From the UHGV virus genome UHGV-0247568: a stretch of DNA of 64,000 nt. One strand, written 5' to 3'. The notes beneath the pieces are model-generated. The model searched no databases. It was not told the origin of the DNA and saw nothing but the letters and a program-made list of their open reading frames with translations. Of this stretch, positions 36,205-46,424 are shown piece after piece; position 1 is the stretch's first letter; each line of letters starts with the position of its first letter. The position numbers were made by a program, and so were the translations under genes. The DNA comes from a virus.

Positions 36205-36233
36205 TTTACTTTCTTCCTTTTTCATGATATAAT
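36205..36233 (+). promoter_or_regulatory. class-B promoter TTTACT-N17-TGATATAAT inside a terminator hairpin
   Basis: Hairpin aggaggaaagt/actttcttcct (36193-36218) plus T-run. TATAAT 36228-36233. Confidence 0.6.
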
Positions 36234-36270
36234 ATAAATATAAAATAATAAAAGAAAAAGAGGTAAGAAA

Positions 36271-38235
36271 ATGGACTTTAAAAGATATAATGAAAGAGAG
36301 GCAAAGCAGTATACAGCTCATTTGTGTTATCAATTAGGAATTGTTTATAATATTGCTAAATTGATTGCAGAAGATGAACCAACGTTTGTGGCTTTAAATA
36401 AAGCTTACAAAAACAAAGATGATGAATCATATGACAAAGCTTTTAATTTATTAAAGCAAATTAATGGAGTTGGACCAAAACGTGCAGCTTTATATTTAGA
36501 AAAATATTTTGAAAACCCATATCGTTCTATTAATTGGGAAATGTTTAATATTTTACAAAAATATCAAAAAGTGACTGGTTGGTCAGATAATCGATTATAT
36601 GATTTAGCTCGCCGTATTGATGACCCTTCAAAAATTTGGGACACATTTTTATATGATAGTTCTATCACATTACCAATTGCTGTTGAAATTTATAAAATGA
36701 CAACTGAAGATGATGTGTATTTACAAAACCAAACAATTGAATATTTTTCAAATTTCGTTAAATTGCGCGAAATTCAAAATGGACAAAATCGTCTTACAGT
36801 TCCTAAATTCAATATTAACAAAGAATTAAATGAGAAGTATGACGTTTTCTTAGAGGTAAAAGATGTTGTTATGTTGAAAAATACCGCCATGGACTATGTT
36901 ACAATTCTCAAATATTTCAATGAAAATAAAGATAGTGAACTAATCTTTGAGTTAAATGAGGATATTGATGTTTCAGATTTTGGATCAGATCAGTTGGTTG
37001 CATTTGAGAAATTAAGATGTAAAAAGACAATGATGTTGACTGGTTTTGCTGGAACGGGTAAAACTTACATGTTAGACAAATATATCAAAAATTTAATGGG
37101 TGCGAAGGTTTACGCTTGTGCACTCGCTGGTAAAGCTGTTAAAAACTTTGTAAATGCAATGAGTCCAGATAGTATGAGAAAAGTTACACAATCCACGGTG
37201 GCTGGACTTCGATATGTTCCAAAGTATCAAAGTGAATTACACGATTCGACTATTGTAATTGTTGATGAAGTCTCCATGGTGTCTATGTCTGATTTAGCAT
37301 TTATTATTAGAAACTTAGACGACGAACAAAAGCTCATTTTAATTGGAGATATTAATCAATTACCAGCTATTGAATTGGATGTTATGAATTGGTTAGTAAA
37401 TGATGGAGAAATTGAATTAGTTACTTTAGACATTCCAAAACGTCAAAGTGCAGATTCCGGAATTTTTAAAGACAGTATGTCTATTATTCGTAAAGAAGTT
37501 CCTGATTTTAGCACGGAAGATAGTCAAGTTAGAATTGGTGCTACAACAGTTCAAAAAATTATTTATGAAAATCGTGATGCAGACATTTTTCTAACAACAA
37601 CGAATCAAGTGAAGGATATTATTAATGAAGTCAAATCCAATGAGATTCGTCAAATTCCAAATCATGCAGTATTTAAAAATAAATTATACAAGCAAGAAGT
37701 CGAATTCCACGAAGGTTATCAAATTATGATTGGTAAAAATAATGTTGATACTGGTTTAATGAATGGTGATATTTTTGTTATTAATTACGAAGGACATTTA
37801 ACTGATCCTTATACAGGAGAAATCGCAAGAGATTTAGACGGAAAACCTCTTAAAATAGGAGAAAATCGTGATTATGTTGATGCTGGCTTTGGTGGAAAGA
37901 GCAATATTATCGACACCACGGCACATAACGTTCAAATGGCATTTGCTATTACGACACACAAAAGTCAAGGTTCGACTATGATGAAAGGTGTCACTGTTAT
38001 GGGTAAAGGTCCATTAGCTAATCGTAATTTATTATATACAGCTTTAACACGTTTTAAAGAAAAACATGTGTTATACTTACCAGATGAAACTTTATTAGAT
38101 ACAATTTTAAATACTGATGTAAAATATGAAAAATTATCTAAAGAAGACCAACAATTTTTAACTGAAATTGTTGAATTAGAAAAAAAGAAAGAGGTAGGTA
38201 CTAATGATGCAAATGATGCAGCAGAAATTTTTTAA
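36271..38235 (+). CDS. Dda/RecD-like SF1B DNA helicase
   Basis: Walker A TGFAGTGKTYMLDKY, DExx IVDEVSM. Signature ITTHKSQGST (the TxHKSQG of RecD/Dda/TraA helicases), plus LYTALTRFK. Confidence 0.7.
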   Translation: MDFKRYNEREAKQYTAHLCYQLGIVYNIAKLIAEDEPTFVALNKAYKNKDDESYDKAFNLLKQINGVGPKRAALYLEKYFENPYRSINWEMFNILQKYQKVTGWSDNRLYDLARRIDDPSKIWDTFLYDSSITLPIAVEIYKMTTEDDVYLQNQTIEYFSNFVKLREIQNGQNRLTVPKFNINKELNEKYDVFLEVKDVVMLKNTAMDYVTILKYFNENKDSELIFELNEDIDVSDFGSDQLVAFEKLRCKKTMMLTGFAGTGKTYMLDKYIKNLMGAKVYACALAGKAVKNFVNAMSPDSMRKVTQSTVAGLRYVPKYQSELHDSTIVIVDEVSMVSMSDLAFIIRNLDDEQKLILIGDINQLPAIELDVMNWLVNDGEIELVTLDIPKRQSADSGIFKDSMSIIRKEVPDFSTEDSQVRIGATTVQKIIYENRDADIFLTTTNQVKDIINEVKSNEIRQIPNHAVFKNKLYKQEVEFHEGYQIMIGKNNVDTGLMNGDIFVINYEGHLTDPYTGEIARDLDGKPLKIGENRDYVDAGFGGKSNIIDTTAHNVQMAFAITTHKSQGSTMMKGVTVMGKGPLANRNLLYTALTRFKEKHVLYLPDETLLDTILNTDVKYEKLSKEDQQFLTEIVELEKKKEVGTNDANDAAEIF

Positions 38236-38740
38236 AGGTCAGACCATGGAGGTAGTTGGTGCTCTCAATGACGAAAATTATAACATTTATCTTTTACACA
38301 TGGGAGATTTTTGTCAAATTGTAGAAGAATTAGAATATGATAAATATTTAGTGCAATTTGAAAATGGTAAAAAATATGTTTTACGTGGAAAATGTTTATC
38401 ACCAAGTTCATTTCCTTTTATTGATAAATCAACAATTATCGTAGCTAATAATATAGGAGTTTTTAACAACGTTAAATATGATGCAGATAAAAAAGCTTTC
38501 TGTTTTGAATTAAAACATTTAGTGGATATTGTTTACTCCACGAAGGATATTCAGAAATTACGTTCAGTCGGATATACTAATTTTTCTACAGTGATCAATG
38601 AGAAAATATTTGAAATTTGTAGACAGCATGGATTAGAAAATGCCACCATGGAGGAAGCAGCAGAACTCTTTAGTTATTTTATGAAAAAAGATTATGATCG
38701 TGCTATTGAGAAATATGGTGAACTCCATGGAATTCGATAA
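38204..38740 (+). CDS. hypothetical protein (178 aa)
   Basis: ORF overlapping the helicase stop. Confidence 0.45.
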   Translation: MMQMMQQKFFKGQTMEVVGALNDENYNIYLLHMGDFCQIVEELEYDKYLVQFENGKKYVLRGKCLSPSSFPFIDKSTIIVANNIGVFNNVKYDADKKAFCFELKHLVDIVYSTKDIQKLRSVGYTNFSTVINEKIFEICRQHGLENATMEEAAELFSYFMKKDYDRAIEKYGELHGIR

Positions 38741-39020
38741 TAAACTCTTATTGGAAAAATATTTTTTAGATATGTGTGATTATGAGTGGCAGAAACAAAT
38801 AATTAAGAGAATTTTAGTCGACAAAAAGATAAACTCTTTTGTTATTAAAACTCCACGAAATCGTGGAAAAACCTTGTATTTTAATACATTACAACACATT
38901 TGCTTGCAAACTCAATATAATCTACAAAATCGAAAGGTGGAATATAAGTGGGTACCATTATCACAGACATTATTGCTTCAATACAAATCGACTCGTTTAT
39001 GGCCACAATTTCAACAATAG
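38694..39020 (+). CDS. hypothetical protein (108 aa)
   Basis: ORF; start uncertain. Confidence 0.3.
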   Translation: MIVLLRNMVNSMEFDNKLLLEKYFLDMCDYEWQKQIIKRILVDKKINSFVIKTPRNRGKTLYFNTLQHICLQTQYNLQNRKVEYKWVPLSQTLLLQYKSTRLWPQFQQ

Positions 39021-39116
39021 GTTTTATAGTGCTATTTCTAATATTAGCATATAACGATAAAAAAGATTAAAAAATAGGAATTTTTTCCTATTTTTTTTAT
39101 TATTATTGAAAAACTG

Positions 39117-39145
39117 TTTACAATTGCACCAGTTTATTATATAAT
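39117..39145 (+). promoter_or_regulatory. class-B promoter TTTACA-N17-TATAAT after terminator aataggaa-tttttt-cctatt + T8
   Basis: Terminator 39073-39100. TTTACA 39117-39122, TATAAT 39140-39145. Confidence 0.6.
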
Positions 39146-39177
39146 ATAAATATAAAATAAAGAACGGAGAGAAGTAA

Positions 39178-39489
39178 ATGTACGAAAAATTAATTAAACA
39201 TGATGATATTGGAAAATATTATCTAGTGGATAGTGACAAATTTATTTTTAAATTAAATGGAGTTAATAGACTTCAAGCTTATCAATTTTTAATTGATATT
39301 GGAGTTGTAAATGAATTACAAGCGTGGAGATGTGGAATTGAAAATTATGTCCAAACAATTGATAAAATTTTAGATGGAACAATACGTTTGGGTCGTTTTA
39401 AATTTTACAGAGTTTCACAATATACAGAAAAATTAGATGAGCAATTAGAAATTGAAAGAAGAAGATCATGGGAGGTAAGAGCAAAATGA
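39178..39489 (+). CDS. hypothetical protein (103 aa)
   Basis: RBS aacggagagaagtaa then ATG. Confidence 0.45.
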   Translation: MYEKLIKHDDIGKYYLVDSDKFIFKLNGVNRLQAYQFLIDIGVVNELQAWRCGIENYVQTIDKILDGTIRLGRFKFYRVSQYTEKLDEQLEIERRRSWEVRAK

Positions 39490-39923
39490 ATATTATGAAA
39501 GTTGCAAATCAAAAAATACATGTATCTGACCATTGTATTGAGCGTTATAGAGAACGTATTATGGCTCATAGACATTGGAATGAACCAGAAACAAAAAATG
39601 AAACAATTAAAAAAATTAAGCGTGAAATTGACCCACGTAATATTTTGAAAGTTGTTTATTATGGAGATGATTATAAATTTGTATTCACTAAAAAACACAC
39701 TGAATTTCGCTTTGAAAAAAGCAATGATAGAAAATTTTGGGTATTAGTAACATGCGTAAGATATACACGTTTATTAGCTAGTGAAGAACCATGTGATATT
39801 GAACAAATTCGTGAAGGACATGTTTATGGAATTAGAACAGCAGTAAAAATTCGTGAGAAAAAGAAAAAAATGTATGAAGAACATAAATTAAAAGAAAAAG
39901 ACATGAAGGAGATTATGGACTAA
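39468..39923 (+). CDS. hypothetical protein (151 aa)
   Basis: ORF only. Confidence 0.45.
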   Translation: MGGKSKMNIMKVANQKIHVSDHCIERYRERIMAHRHWNEPETKNETIKKIKREIDPRNILKVVYYGDDYKFVFTKKHTEFRFEKSNDRKFWVLVTCVRYTRLLASEEPCDIEQIREGHVYGIRTAVKIREKKKKMYEEHKLKEKDMKEIMD

Positions 39924-40177
39924 TGAAAAATATTAAAGCAGGAGATATGGTTCGTGTTACAAAAATAACAGATTTTGATATTAAAAGAGGAATTGAATTA
40001 GGTATGTTATTAGTTGTTGAAGATAATTCAACAAAAGATTTAAAAGGACTTTTTGTTCAAAATCCGTTTGACCCACGGTTTAAAGGTGTTCCAACAATTA
40101 ACTACATGTTTGGTGACCAAATTGAGTTAGCAATTTCAAAAAGAGATGAAAAAGATTTTAAAGAAGGAGTTAAATAA
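39923..40177 (+). CDS. hypothetical protein (84 aa)
   Basis: ORF start-coupled to the upstream gene (ATGA). Confidence 0.45.
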   Translation: MKNIKAGDMVRVTKITDFDIKRGIELGMLLVVEDNSTKDLKGLFVQNPFDPRFKGVPTINYMFGDQIELAISKRDEKDFKEGVK

Positions 40178-40179
40178 AT

Positions 40180-40416
40180 ATGCAAGATTTTATGACAGAA
40201 AAATTAGAAAAAGATGCTAAAAAATATGAAGAACAATGCTTTATGAGTGAAGACCAGCGCCTCATAGAAATATATCTAGAAACTGTTAAAATTAGAGCTG
40301 AGCGAAAAGTAAAAATTGCAAAATTGGAAAAAGAAATTAGTGTTGAAAATCGTAAATTAGATGTGCTTAATAATAAAGCAAAAGAAGCATTTAGACAAGT
40401 TAAAGATAAATTATAA
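40180..40416 (+). CDS. hypothetical coiled-coil protein (78 aa)
   Basis: ORF. Confidence 0.4.
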   Translation: MQDFMTEKLEKDAKKYEEQCFMSEDQRLIEIYLETVKIRAERKVKIAKLEKEISVENRKLDVLNNKAKEAFRQVKDKL

Positions 40417-40445
40417 AAATATTATAAAATGAAAAGAGGAAATTA

Positions 40446-41735
40446 TTGATGAAATGGTTTGAAATTTTAGAAGAAGTTAGTTTTGCAAAAGGTAAAGAAA
40501 AAGTTGAAGTATTGAAAAAACATAAAGATGCAGCATTATTACCAGAGATTTTAAATTTTTTATATAATCCACGAATTGTTACTGGAATTAGTAAAAAGAA
40601 AATGGGTAAAGAATTAGAAATTTCAAAAACAGTTGAAATTCCTGATGAGAACCATAGAGTAGCTTCAATAATGGAATATTTACATGAAAATAATACTGGA
40701 AAAGATCAAGATTTAATTTTTGTAAAATCTATTATTGAATCAACTGACGATATGAAGGAACGTCAATTTTTGGAATCTTTAGTTGTAAAAGATATGCCAA
40801 TTGGAATTAGTGCGAATTCAGTTAATAAAGTATGGCCAAAATTAATTCCAGTTTTTAAATTACAAAAAGGACAATTATTTGAAGGCTCATTTGAAGGACC
40901 ACAAATTGTATCATTAAAAATTGATGGCAATAGTGCAACAGTTTTTAATTTAGAAGAGAAAACTTATATGCTTTCAAGAAGTGGCGCTATTATGGAAGGT
41001 TTTGACCATATTCTCAATTATTATCGTCATATTCTACCTTTTGGATATGTTTATCAAGGTGAATTAATTGCGAAAAATTATAATAATTTAGACCATGGAG
41101 AATTATTCCGTTATTCAAATGGTATTACAAACAGTAAGAAAAACGATGAAAAGACAATGTTACAACACGTAGTATTTGACGTAATTCCCATTGAGGATTT
41201 TGAAAAAGGAAAGAGTGACATGGTTTATATTGATAGAATCTCAATTGCGCAGTCTTGCGTTGAGGAATATCAACCATACGGAGAAACGTATAAAAACGTC
41301 TGTGTTGTGCCTTTCTATTCTCATACGACAAAAATTGAAAATATTATGAATTTAGCAAATGAAGTGATTAAAGATGGATTAGAAGGTTTGATGATTTGTA
41401 CGTCAGATTCCAAATATAAAGTTGGTAAACAAAAGTGGCTGCAAAAAGTTAAAGAGTTTAACGCAATGGACTTAGAAGTTATTGACATAAAAGAGCACGT
41501 TCGTGGTGGGAAAGTTGGAGCTCTTATTGTAAATTATAAAAATAATGAAATCGGTGTTGGCGGAATTACTGATGAATTAAGAGAAAAATGGTGGAATAAT
41601 CCGAATGAAATCATTGGTAAGATTATTGAAGTAAAATATTTCCGCTCCACGGCGGATAAAAATGGAAAAGAATCACTCCGTTTTCCTACTTTCGTCCGTG
41701 TACGTGATGATAAATTTGAAGAAAGTTTTGATTAA
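40446..41735 (+). CDS. ATP-dependent DNA ligase
   Basis: Adenylation motif I VSLKIDGNSATV (KxDG), motif-V-like region, then an OB-fold domain. 429 aa. Confidence 0.75.
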   Translation: MMKWFEILEEVSFAKGKEKVEVLKKHKDAALLPEILNFLYNPRIVTGISKKKMGKELEISKTVEIPDENHRVASIMEYLHENNTGKDQDLIFVKSIIESTDDMKERQFLESLVVKDMPIGISANSVNKVWPKLIPVFKLQKGQLFEGSFEGPQIVSLKIDGNSATVFNLEEKTYMLSRSGAIMEGFDHILNYYRHILPFGYVYQGELIAKNYNNLDHGELFRYSNGITNSKKNDEKTMLQHVVFDVIPIEDFEKGKSDMVYIDRISIAQSCVEEYQPYGETYKNVCVVPFYSHTTKIENIMNLANEVIKDGLEGLMICTSDSKYKVGKQKWLQKVKEFNAMDLEVIDIKEHVRGGKVGALIVNYKNNEIGVGGITDELREKWWNNPNEIIGKIIEVKYFRSTADKNGKESLRFPTFVRVRDDKFEESFD

Positions 41736-41749
41736 GAAAGGAGATTCTT

Positions 41750-41941
41750 ATGCTTAATTGTGATTATGAAATGATCATGAAAAGGGAATTTGATTATTTA
41801 TTAAAAAATGGAAAATTAAGTGATTGGGCATTAAAAAATTTACCTCCAAGTAAAAAAGAAACATTATTTAATGCACTTGAAGCAAAAATTGATGGTGAAG
41901 CGACTGCAAGTGGACTATCTGAAATAATTGAACACAAATAA
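41750..41941 (+). CDS. hypothetical protein (63 aa)
   Basis: RBS aaggagattctt then ATG. Confidence 0.35.
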   Translation: MLNCDYEMIMKREFDYLLKNGKLSDWALKNLPPSKKETLFNALEAKIDGEATASGLSEIIEHK

Positions 41942-41947
41942 TTTTTT

Positions 41948-41995
41948 AGTGTTTTCGAAAGGTTGACCTTATAACCTTTCGGAAGCACTATTTTA
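41948..41995 (+). terminator. intrinsic terminator (long imperfect hairpin agtgttttcgaaaggtt…aacctttcggaagcact, then a T-rich tract)
   Basis: About 15-bp stem right after the stop. Confidence 0.5.
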
Positions 41996-42035
41996 AAATA
42001 AAAAATAAATTTTATTCAAAAAGTTGGAAAAACTG

Positions 42036-42064
42036 TTTACAAATTGGCATTTCTAATGTATAAT
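42036..42064 (+). promoter_or_regulatory. class-A promoter with conserved leader
   Basis: TTTACA 42036-42041, TGTATAAT ending 42064. Leader aaatatataataaataaacaaaagaaagtaggaa. Confidence 0.7.
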
Positions 42065-42098
42065 AAATATATAATAAATAAACAAAAGAAAGTAGGAA

Positions 42099-42320
42099 AT
42101 GACAATGGAAAACAAAAAACAAATGATGGAAAACAAAATCAATGAATTAAGAAAAGAAGCTGGTAAATTATATGAAGATTTAGACAAAGCTTTTGCAGCA
42201 AATAACATTGAATTATATGATGAAATTGGAGATGTTATGAGCGCTAAATATGAAGAATCTCGTAAATTAATCGTTGAATTTAATGCCACATTTGGTGAAC
42301 CACCACATTTAAACTGGTAA
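42099..42320 (+). CDS. hypothetical protein (73 aa)
   Basis: ORF behind the class-A cassette. Confidence 0.4.
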   Translation: MTMENKKQMMENKINELRKEAGKLYEDLDKAFAANNIELYDEIGDVMSAKYEESRKLIVEFNATFGEPPHLNW

Positions 42321-42336
42321 AAAAATGGAACCAACG

Positions 42337-42365
42337 GTTTACAAATTAGTAAATCGTTGGTATAA
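42337..42365 (+). promoter_or_regulatory. class-B promoter; -35 inside hairpin ccaacggtttac…gtaaatcgttgg
   Basis: TTTACA 42337-42342, TATAAT 42360-42365. Confidence 0.6.
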
Positions 42366-42407
42366 TATAAATATAAACAATAATAAAAAAAGAAAGAAGA
42401 GATAAAA

Positions 42408-42611
42408 ATGTTTACACTCATTGTAATTTTAACAATTATTTTAAATTTTGTCCAACGTAATAATATTAAAAAATTAATTGAAAAAGATGACGCAGCTGCA
42501 AAAATGGAATTAGTTAAATTAGGTCGTCGTGGATGTTTTATCACTAAAAAGAACAAAAACATGGTATTCAATTATTTAGCAGAAAAAAATTTAGAAGTTA
42601 ATAATTTTTAA
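42408..42611 (+). CDS. small membrane protein (67 aa)
   Basis: N-terminal hydrophobic helix. Confidence 0.4.
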   Translation: MFTLIVILTIILNFVQRNNIKKLIEKDDAAAKMELVKLGRRGCFITKKNKNMVFNYLAEKNLEVNNF

Positions 42612-42631
42612 TTATAAGAAAGGAAATAAAT

Positions 42632-42844
42632 ATGACAGAAAAAATGATTGATTGTGAATATGGTGACAAATTTTTCATTGATAAAAGTACGAACTTAGAT
42701 GGAGAGAATATTGTACAATTTCAAATGACGGAAAGTGATGAAATTTGTTACGTAGATAAAGTTAGTTTAAATAAGGAAGCGTGTATTGATTTAATTAAAA
42801 TTTTAAAAAAGGATATGGATATAAAAGATGAAGAATTGGTATGA
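42632..42844 (+). CDS. hypothetical protein (70 aa)
   Basis: ORF, RBS aaggaaataaat. Confidence 0.4.
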   Translation: MTEKMIDCEYGDKFFIDKSTNLDGENIVQFQMTESDEICYVDKVSLNKEACIDLIKILKKDMDIKDEELV

Positions 42845-43238
42845 AGAAAATGATATTTTGATGTCTATTGAAAATAGTCAGAAATACATTGTTTCAAAAG
42901 CTCCAAATGATGATAATACTTTTTATAAGTTAATTCCTTTTAATAATCGATCAGAATTAAATAATAAAGAGGTTATGAACGCAAAATTAAAAATCATTGC
43001 TTTGCCTAAAGTAGTCCATGGCGAAATGATTATGATTGGTAAAAACGACGATTATTGCCGTATTGTTCCGGATCCTCTTAAAGTAATTAACGAAAATGGG
43101 AAATTCATTCAGTTGTCGGTAGATAACGAAGTCCATGGAAAAATCGAAATTAAAATTGGAAAAGAACGTATCCATTTAGATGAAAAAGAACTCAATGATT
43201 TAATTGATGAAATTGAGGAAATAAAAAAATATCTATAA
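42828..43238 (+). CDS. hypothetical protein (136 aa)
   Basis: ORF. Confidence 0.45.
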   Translation: MKNWYEENDILMSIENSQKYIVSKAPNDDNTFYKLIPFNNRSELNNKEVMNAKLKIIALPKVVHGEMIMIGKNDDYCRIVPDPLKVINENGKFIQLSVDNEVHGKIEIKIGKERIHLDEKELNDLIDEIEEIKKYL

Positions 43239-43267
43239 AAAGTATTTTAATAAAATGGTCCATGGAG

Positions 43268-43296
43268 TTTACAAATATCCTCAAATTTGATATAAT
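43268..43296 (+). promoter_or_regulatory. class-B promoter directly preceded by the CCATGGAG motif (gtCCATGGAGTTTACA)
   Basis: TTTACA 43268-43273, TATAAT 43291-43296. Confidence 0.6.
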
Positions 43297-43334
43297 ATAA
43301 AAATAAACAATAGAAAGAAGAGATGTGTAAAATA

Positions 43335-43883
43335 ATGAATGTAGCAGTTTTTATGGGTTCAAGATTTGGAAAAAATAAAATGCACAAAACTAATGCTAAA
43401 AAGTTAGGTAAAACATTAGCATTAAATGATCATATGTTAATTTATGGTGGTTCTGTTTCAGGATTAATGGGAACAGTTGCAAAATCTGTTAAAAAATATG
43501 GTGGAAAAGTAACTGGTGTTTATCCAAAGGGACATTTTGAAGATGAGAAACCACTTTACGATATTGACTTTTTTATTGAAGTTGACAATATGGATGATCG
43601 TAAGAGAAAATTAATTGATTTGGCGGATGCATATGTAATCTTACCTGGCGGCACAGGTACTCTTGAGGAATTCGCACAATTACTTTGTGAAATGATGATT
43701 AATATCACTCCATGGAGACCAATTTTTATCCTTAATGAAGATGGTTTCTACAATGGATTAGCTTCACAATTATACACTTTCATTCATGAAGGCTTTAGTT
43801 ATGAAAATAAAAAATTAGCAAAACATATTTATATTTGTGATACAATTGATATTTTACAAGAGAAAATCGAGGGATTATCATGA
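43335..43883 (+). CDS. LOG-family protein (TIGR00730-like; cytokinin riboside 5'-monophosphate phosphoribohydrolase / SLOG fold)
   Basis: Motifs GGSVSGLMGTVAKSV (GGGxGxMG) and VILPGGTGTLEEF (PGGxGTxxE). The ATG at 43335 follows an RBS; the track start at 43323 is in the same frame. Confidence 0.65.
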   Translation: MNVAVFMGSRFGKNKMHKTNAKKLGKTLALNDHMLIYGGSVSGLMGTVAKSVKKYGGKVTGVYPKGHFEDEKPLYDIDFFIEVDNMDDRKRKLIDLADAYVILPGGTGTLEEFAQLLCEMMINITPWRPIFILNEDGFYNGLASQLYTFIHEGFSYENKKLAKHIYICDTIDILQEKIEGLS

Positions 43884-44068
43884 AACAAATTTTAAATGAT
43901 AGAAAAATGCACGTTGAAAGATCATTGTCATTTTTAACTAATATCATACAAATTTATAAAAATAAAAATGATGATGAATCTAAAGAAAAATTTAAAATTG
44001 TAAAATCTTTAATTAAATCATATCAAAAAGAATTAAAAGAAATTGATAGAAAGTTGGAGGATATTTAA
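43880..44068 (+). CDS. hypothetical protein (62 aa)
   Basis: ORF start-coupled to both neighbours. Confidence 0.35.
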   Translation: MKQILNDRKMHVERSLSFLTNIIQIYKNKNDDESKEKFKIVKSLIKSYQKELKEIDRKLEDI

Positions 44069-44695
44069 ATGGAATTCTTAAAAGAAGGACAGAAAGTAGT
44101 AGTAAAATACAATGAAAATGAAACAAAAATTGGTCAAATTATCGAAGTTGATGATTTAGATTCAGAAATGCCATATCGTGTACAATATAAAGACGGTAGT
44201 AAAATTTGGGTATATGCAACAGATGTCAAGCCATATAATCCACGGCGGAAAGTATATTTAGCTGGCCCATTCTTTAGTGATAAACAAATTGAGATTGTTA
44301 ATGAACTCCATGGCGCGTTAAATGAAAACAAATCAATTGAAAGTGTATTCGTTCCAATGGAACACCAAATGAACGATGGAGATTTAGAAGAGTTTACAGC
44401 TCCATGGGCTTACGCTGTAGCTATGAATGATTATAAAAATGTTCGTGAAGCAGATATTGTGGTCGCAATTGTTGATTTTGATGGTCAAGATATGGATAGT
44501 GGAACAGCAGCAGAAATTGGATATGCATATGCCATTGGAAAACCAGTTTTCTTGTTCCATAAAGAAAACCATGAAATTATGGTTAATTTAATGGTAACAG
44601 AAGTTGCTCAAGCATATTTTACTGATTTACAACAAGTAAAAGATTATAATTTTACTACTCAGGAAAAAATTCCTTTCTCAGGAAATTATCGTTAA
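44069..44695 (+). CDS. ndt: nucleoside 2-deoxyribosyltransferase with an extra N-terminal ~65-aa small beta-barrel (SH3/KOW-like) extension
   Basis: Catalytic-site motifs YLAGPFF and DSGTAAEIGYA (nucleophile Glu), as in Lactobacillus NDT. The N-terminus GQKVVVKYNENETKIGQIIEV…YRVQYKDGSKIWV looks like an SH3-like barrel. Confidence 0.75.
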   Translation: MEFLKEGQKVVVKYNENETKIGQIIEVDDLDSEMPYRVQYKDGSKIWVYATDVKPYNPRRKVYLAGPFFSDKQIEIVNELHGALNENKSIESVFVPMEHQMNDGDLEEFTAPWAYAVAMNDYKNVREADIVVAIVDFDGQDMDSGTAAEIGYAYAIGKPVFLFHKENHEIMVNLMVTEVAQAYFTDLQQVKDYNFTTQEKIPFSGNYR

Positions 44696-44722
44696 AAATT
44701 AAAAAATATTTGCTCCATGGAG

Positions 44723-44751
44723 TTTACAAAATTCCATGGAGTTGATATAAT
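44723..44751 (+). promoter_or_regulatory. class-B promoter flanked by two inverted CCATGGAG motifs (CTCCATGGagtttacaaaattCCATGGAG)
   Basis: TTTACA 44723-44728, TATAAT 44746-44751. The two motifs can pair as an 8-bp stem with the -35 in the loop. Confidence 0.6.
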
Positions 44752-44785
44752 ATAATTAAATAAATGATTGAAAGAGAGGAAACTA

Positions 44786-45622
44786 ATGTTGATTACAGCA
44801 GCTGGGAAAATTGGAGCTGGAAAAAGTACAATCACTAAATTATTATCAGATGTACTTGAAACAAAAGCAGTATATGAACCAATTGAAGAAAATCCATTAT
44901 TAGAAAAATTTTATGAAGACCGTGGAAAATATGGTTTTGTATTTCAAATCGATATGATTAGTCGCCGATTTGAATTAATTCAACAAGCATTAATGAAAGA
45001 TAATTCTGTATTAGATCGCTCCATTTTAGAAGATTCAATTTTTCTTGACCAATTACATTATGAAGGATATGTAAATGATTTTGAGCATGAAGCATATCAT
45101 AAATTATTAGATAGAATGATGAAAGAATTAGCATGTTTACCTAAAAAATTACCAGATTTATTAGTGTACATTGATGTTGATTTTGAAACAGAAATTGAAC
45201 ATATTAACAAAAGAGCACGTGAATTTGAAAAAGTAAATAAAGGCGACGAATTGTATGAATATTTCAAATTACATTCCCAGTTTTATGATAAGTGGATTGA
45301 AAATTTTGATTTAACGCCAGTTATTAAAATTGATGCTAAACAATATGATTTTGCTAATAATAAAGAAGATCAACAAGAAGTTTTATCACAAATTGTAGCA
45401 AAATTAGTTGAAATTCGTGCATTAACATTTAATGAAGCAGTTTTAGCATATTGTAATATTTATAAAGCACAACCAAAAGATGTAGCAATTAAATTATATA
45501 ATAAAGTGCAAACCCTAATGAATGGTATGTTAGAATATCATAATTTAGCTTTATTATATGATGAAAAATTAGATACAGTTGAAAAACTGAAAAAACGCAT
45601 TAAAAACCAAAATAAAAAATAG
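44786..45622 (+). CDS. deoxynucleoside kinase (dNK/dGK-dAK family)
   Basis: P-loop ITAAGKIGAGKSTITKLL at the N-terminus and the ERS/DR motif region. Start at 44786 follows RBS agagaggaaact; the track start at 44768 is upstream in the same frame. Confidence 0.7.
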   Translation: MLITAAGKIGAGKSTITKLLSDVLETKAVYEPIEENPLLEKFYEDRGKYGFVFQIDMISRRFELIQQALMKDNSVLDRSILEDSIFLDQLHYEGYVNDFEHEAYHKLLDRMMKELACLPKKLPDLLVYIDVDFETEIEHINKRAREFEKVNKGDELYEYFKLHSQFYDKWIENFDLTPVIKIDAKQYDFANNKEDQQEVLSQIVAKLVEIRALTFNEAVLAYCNIYKAQPKDVAIKLYNKVQTLMNGMLEYHNLALLYDEKLDTVEKLKKRIKNQNKK

Positions 45623-45643
45623 AAGAAAGTAGGAAATTATTTT

Positions 45644-46399
45644 ATGTTTGCAGCTTTAAAAGGAATTACGAAAAAAGAAGTTTTAGGAAATATTAAAGAA
45701 TTATTCACATTACAATATTATAAAGAAGGTTTAACTGGTTGGATGCCAATTACAAAAATTGCATGGTTAATTGGTTTTGCGATTATTGTTGGAACAGGTA
45801 TTCCGCATGGTTTTGCAATTACAAATATTATTTCAATTGTGTCTGGATTAATTGGATACACATGTGTATTAGCAATTACAAATGGTAAGCGTATTAATGG
45901 GTTGCTTGGTTTTATTTCTGCTGTTGGTATTGGTGGTATGGCAATTCATGCTGGTAACCCAGCCGATGCAGTTATGCAATTAGCATATTTATTAGCATTA
46001 GATATTCCAGTAATTATCTTTGGTCACCGTTGGACAGCAGCAAAAATTAAAACATTTGACTTCAATGCTTTAAAAATTATTTTAGTAATTGGAATCATTG
46101 GTTTTGGATTAATGTACTCAATGGACGCATTTTGGTTACACACTCCACGGCCTATGTTAGATGCTTTCGGAGCAACAATTGGTTTCATTGGTTCTGGATT
46201 AATGCTAGCAAAATACTCAACTCAATACTTTTTCTGGAATTTCCAAGGTATTATGAGCTTATTATTATGGGGTGTTACTGCATACCATGGAGATGCTAAC
46301 TGGGTATTATTTGCAACTTATGCAATGTATTTAATGAATTCAATGATTGGAGCATTCCATTCTCCATGGGCTGAAGCTCGTAAAAATAAACATAAATAA
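45644..46399 (+). CDS. pnuC: PnuC-family nucleoside transporter (nicotinamide riboside transporter-like)
   Basis: About 7 TM helices. Conserved PnuC-like blocks NGKRINGLLGFISAVG and WNFQGIMSLLLWGVTAYHGDANWV. Confidence 0.65.
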   Translation: MFAALKGITKKEVLGNIKELFTLQYYKEGLTGWMPITKIAWLIGFAIIVGTGIPHGFAITNIISIVSGLIGYTCVLAITNGKRINGLLGFISAVGIGGMAIHAGNPADAVMQLAYLLALDIPVIIFGHRWTAAKIKTFDFNALKIILVIGIIGFGLMYSMDAFWLHTPRPMLDAFGATIGFIGSGLMLAKYSTQYFFWNFQGIMSLLLWGVTAYHGDANWVLFATYAMYLMNSMIGAFHSPWAEARKNKHK

Positions 46400-46424
46400 A
46401 AAATATAATAATAAGAGAAAATGT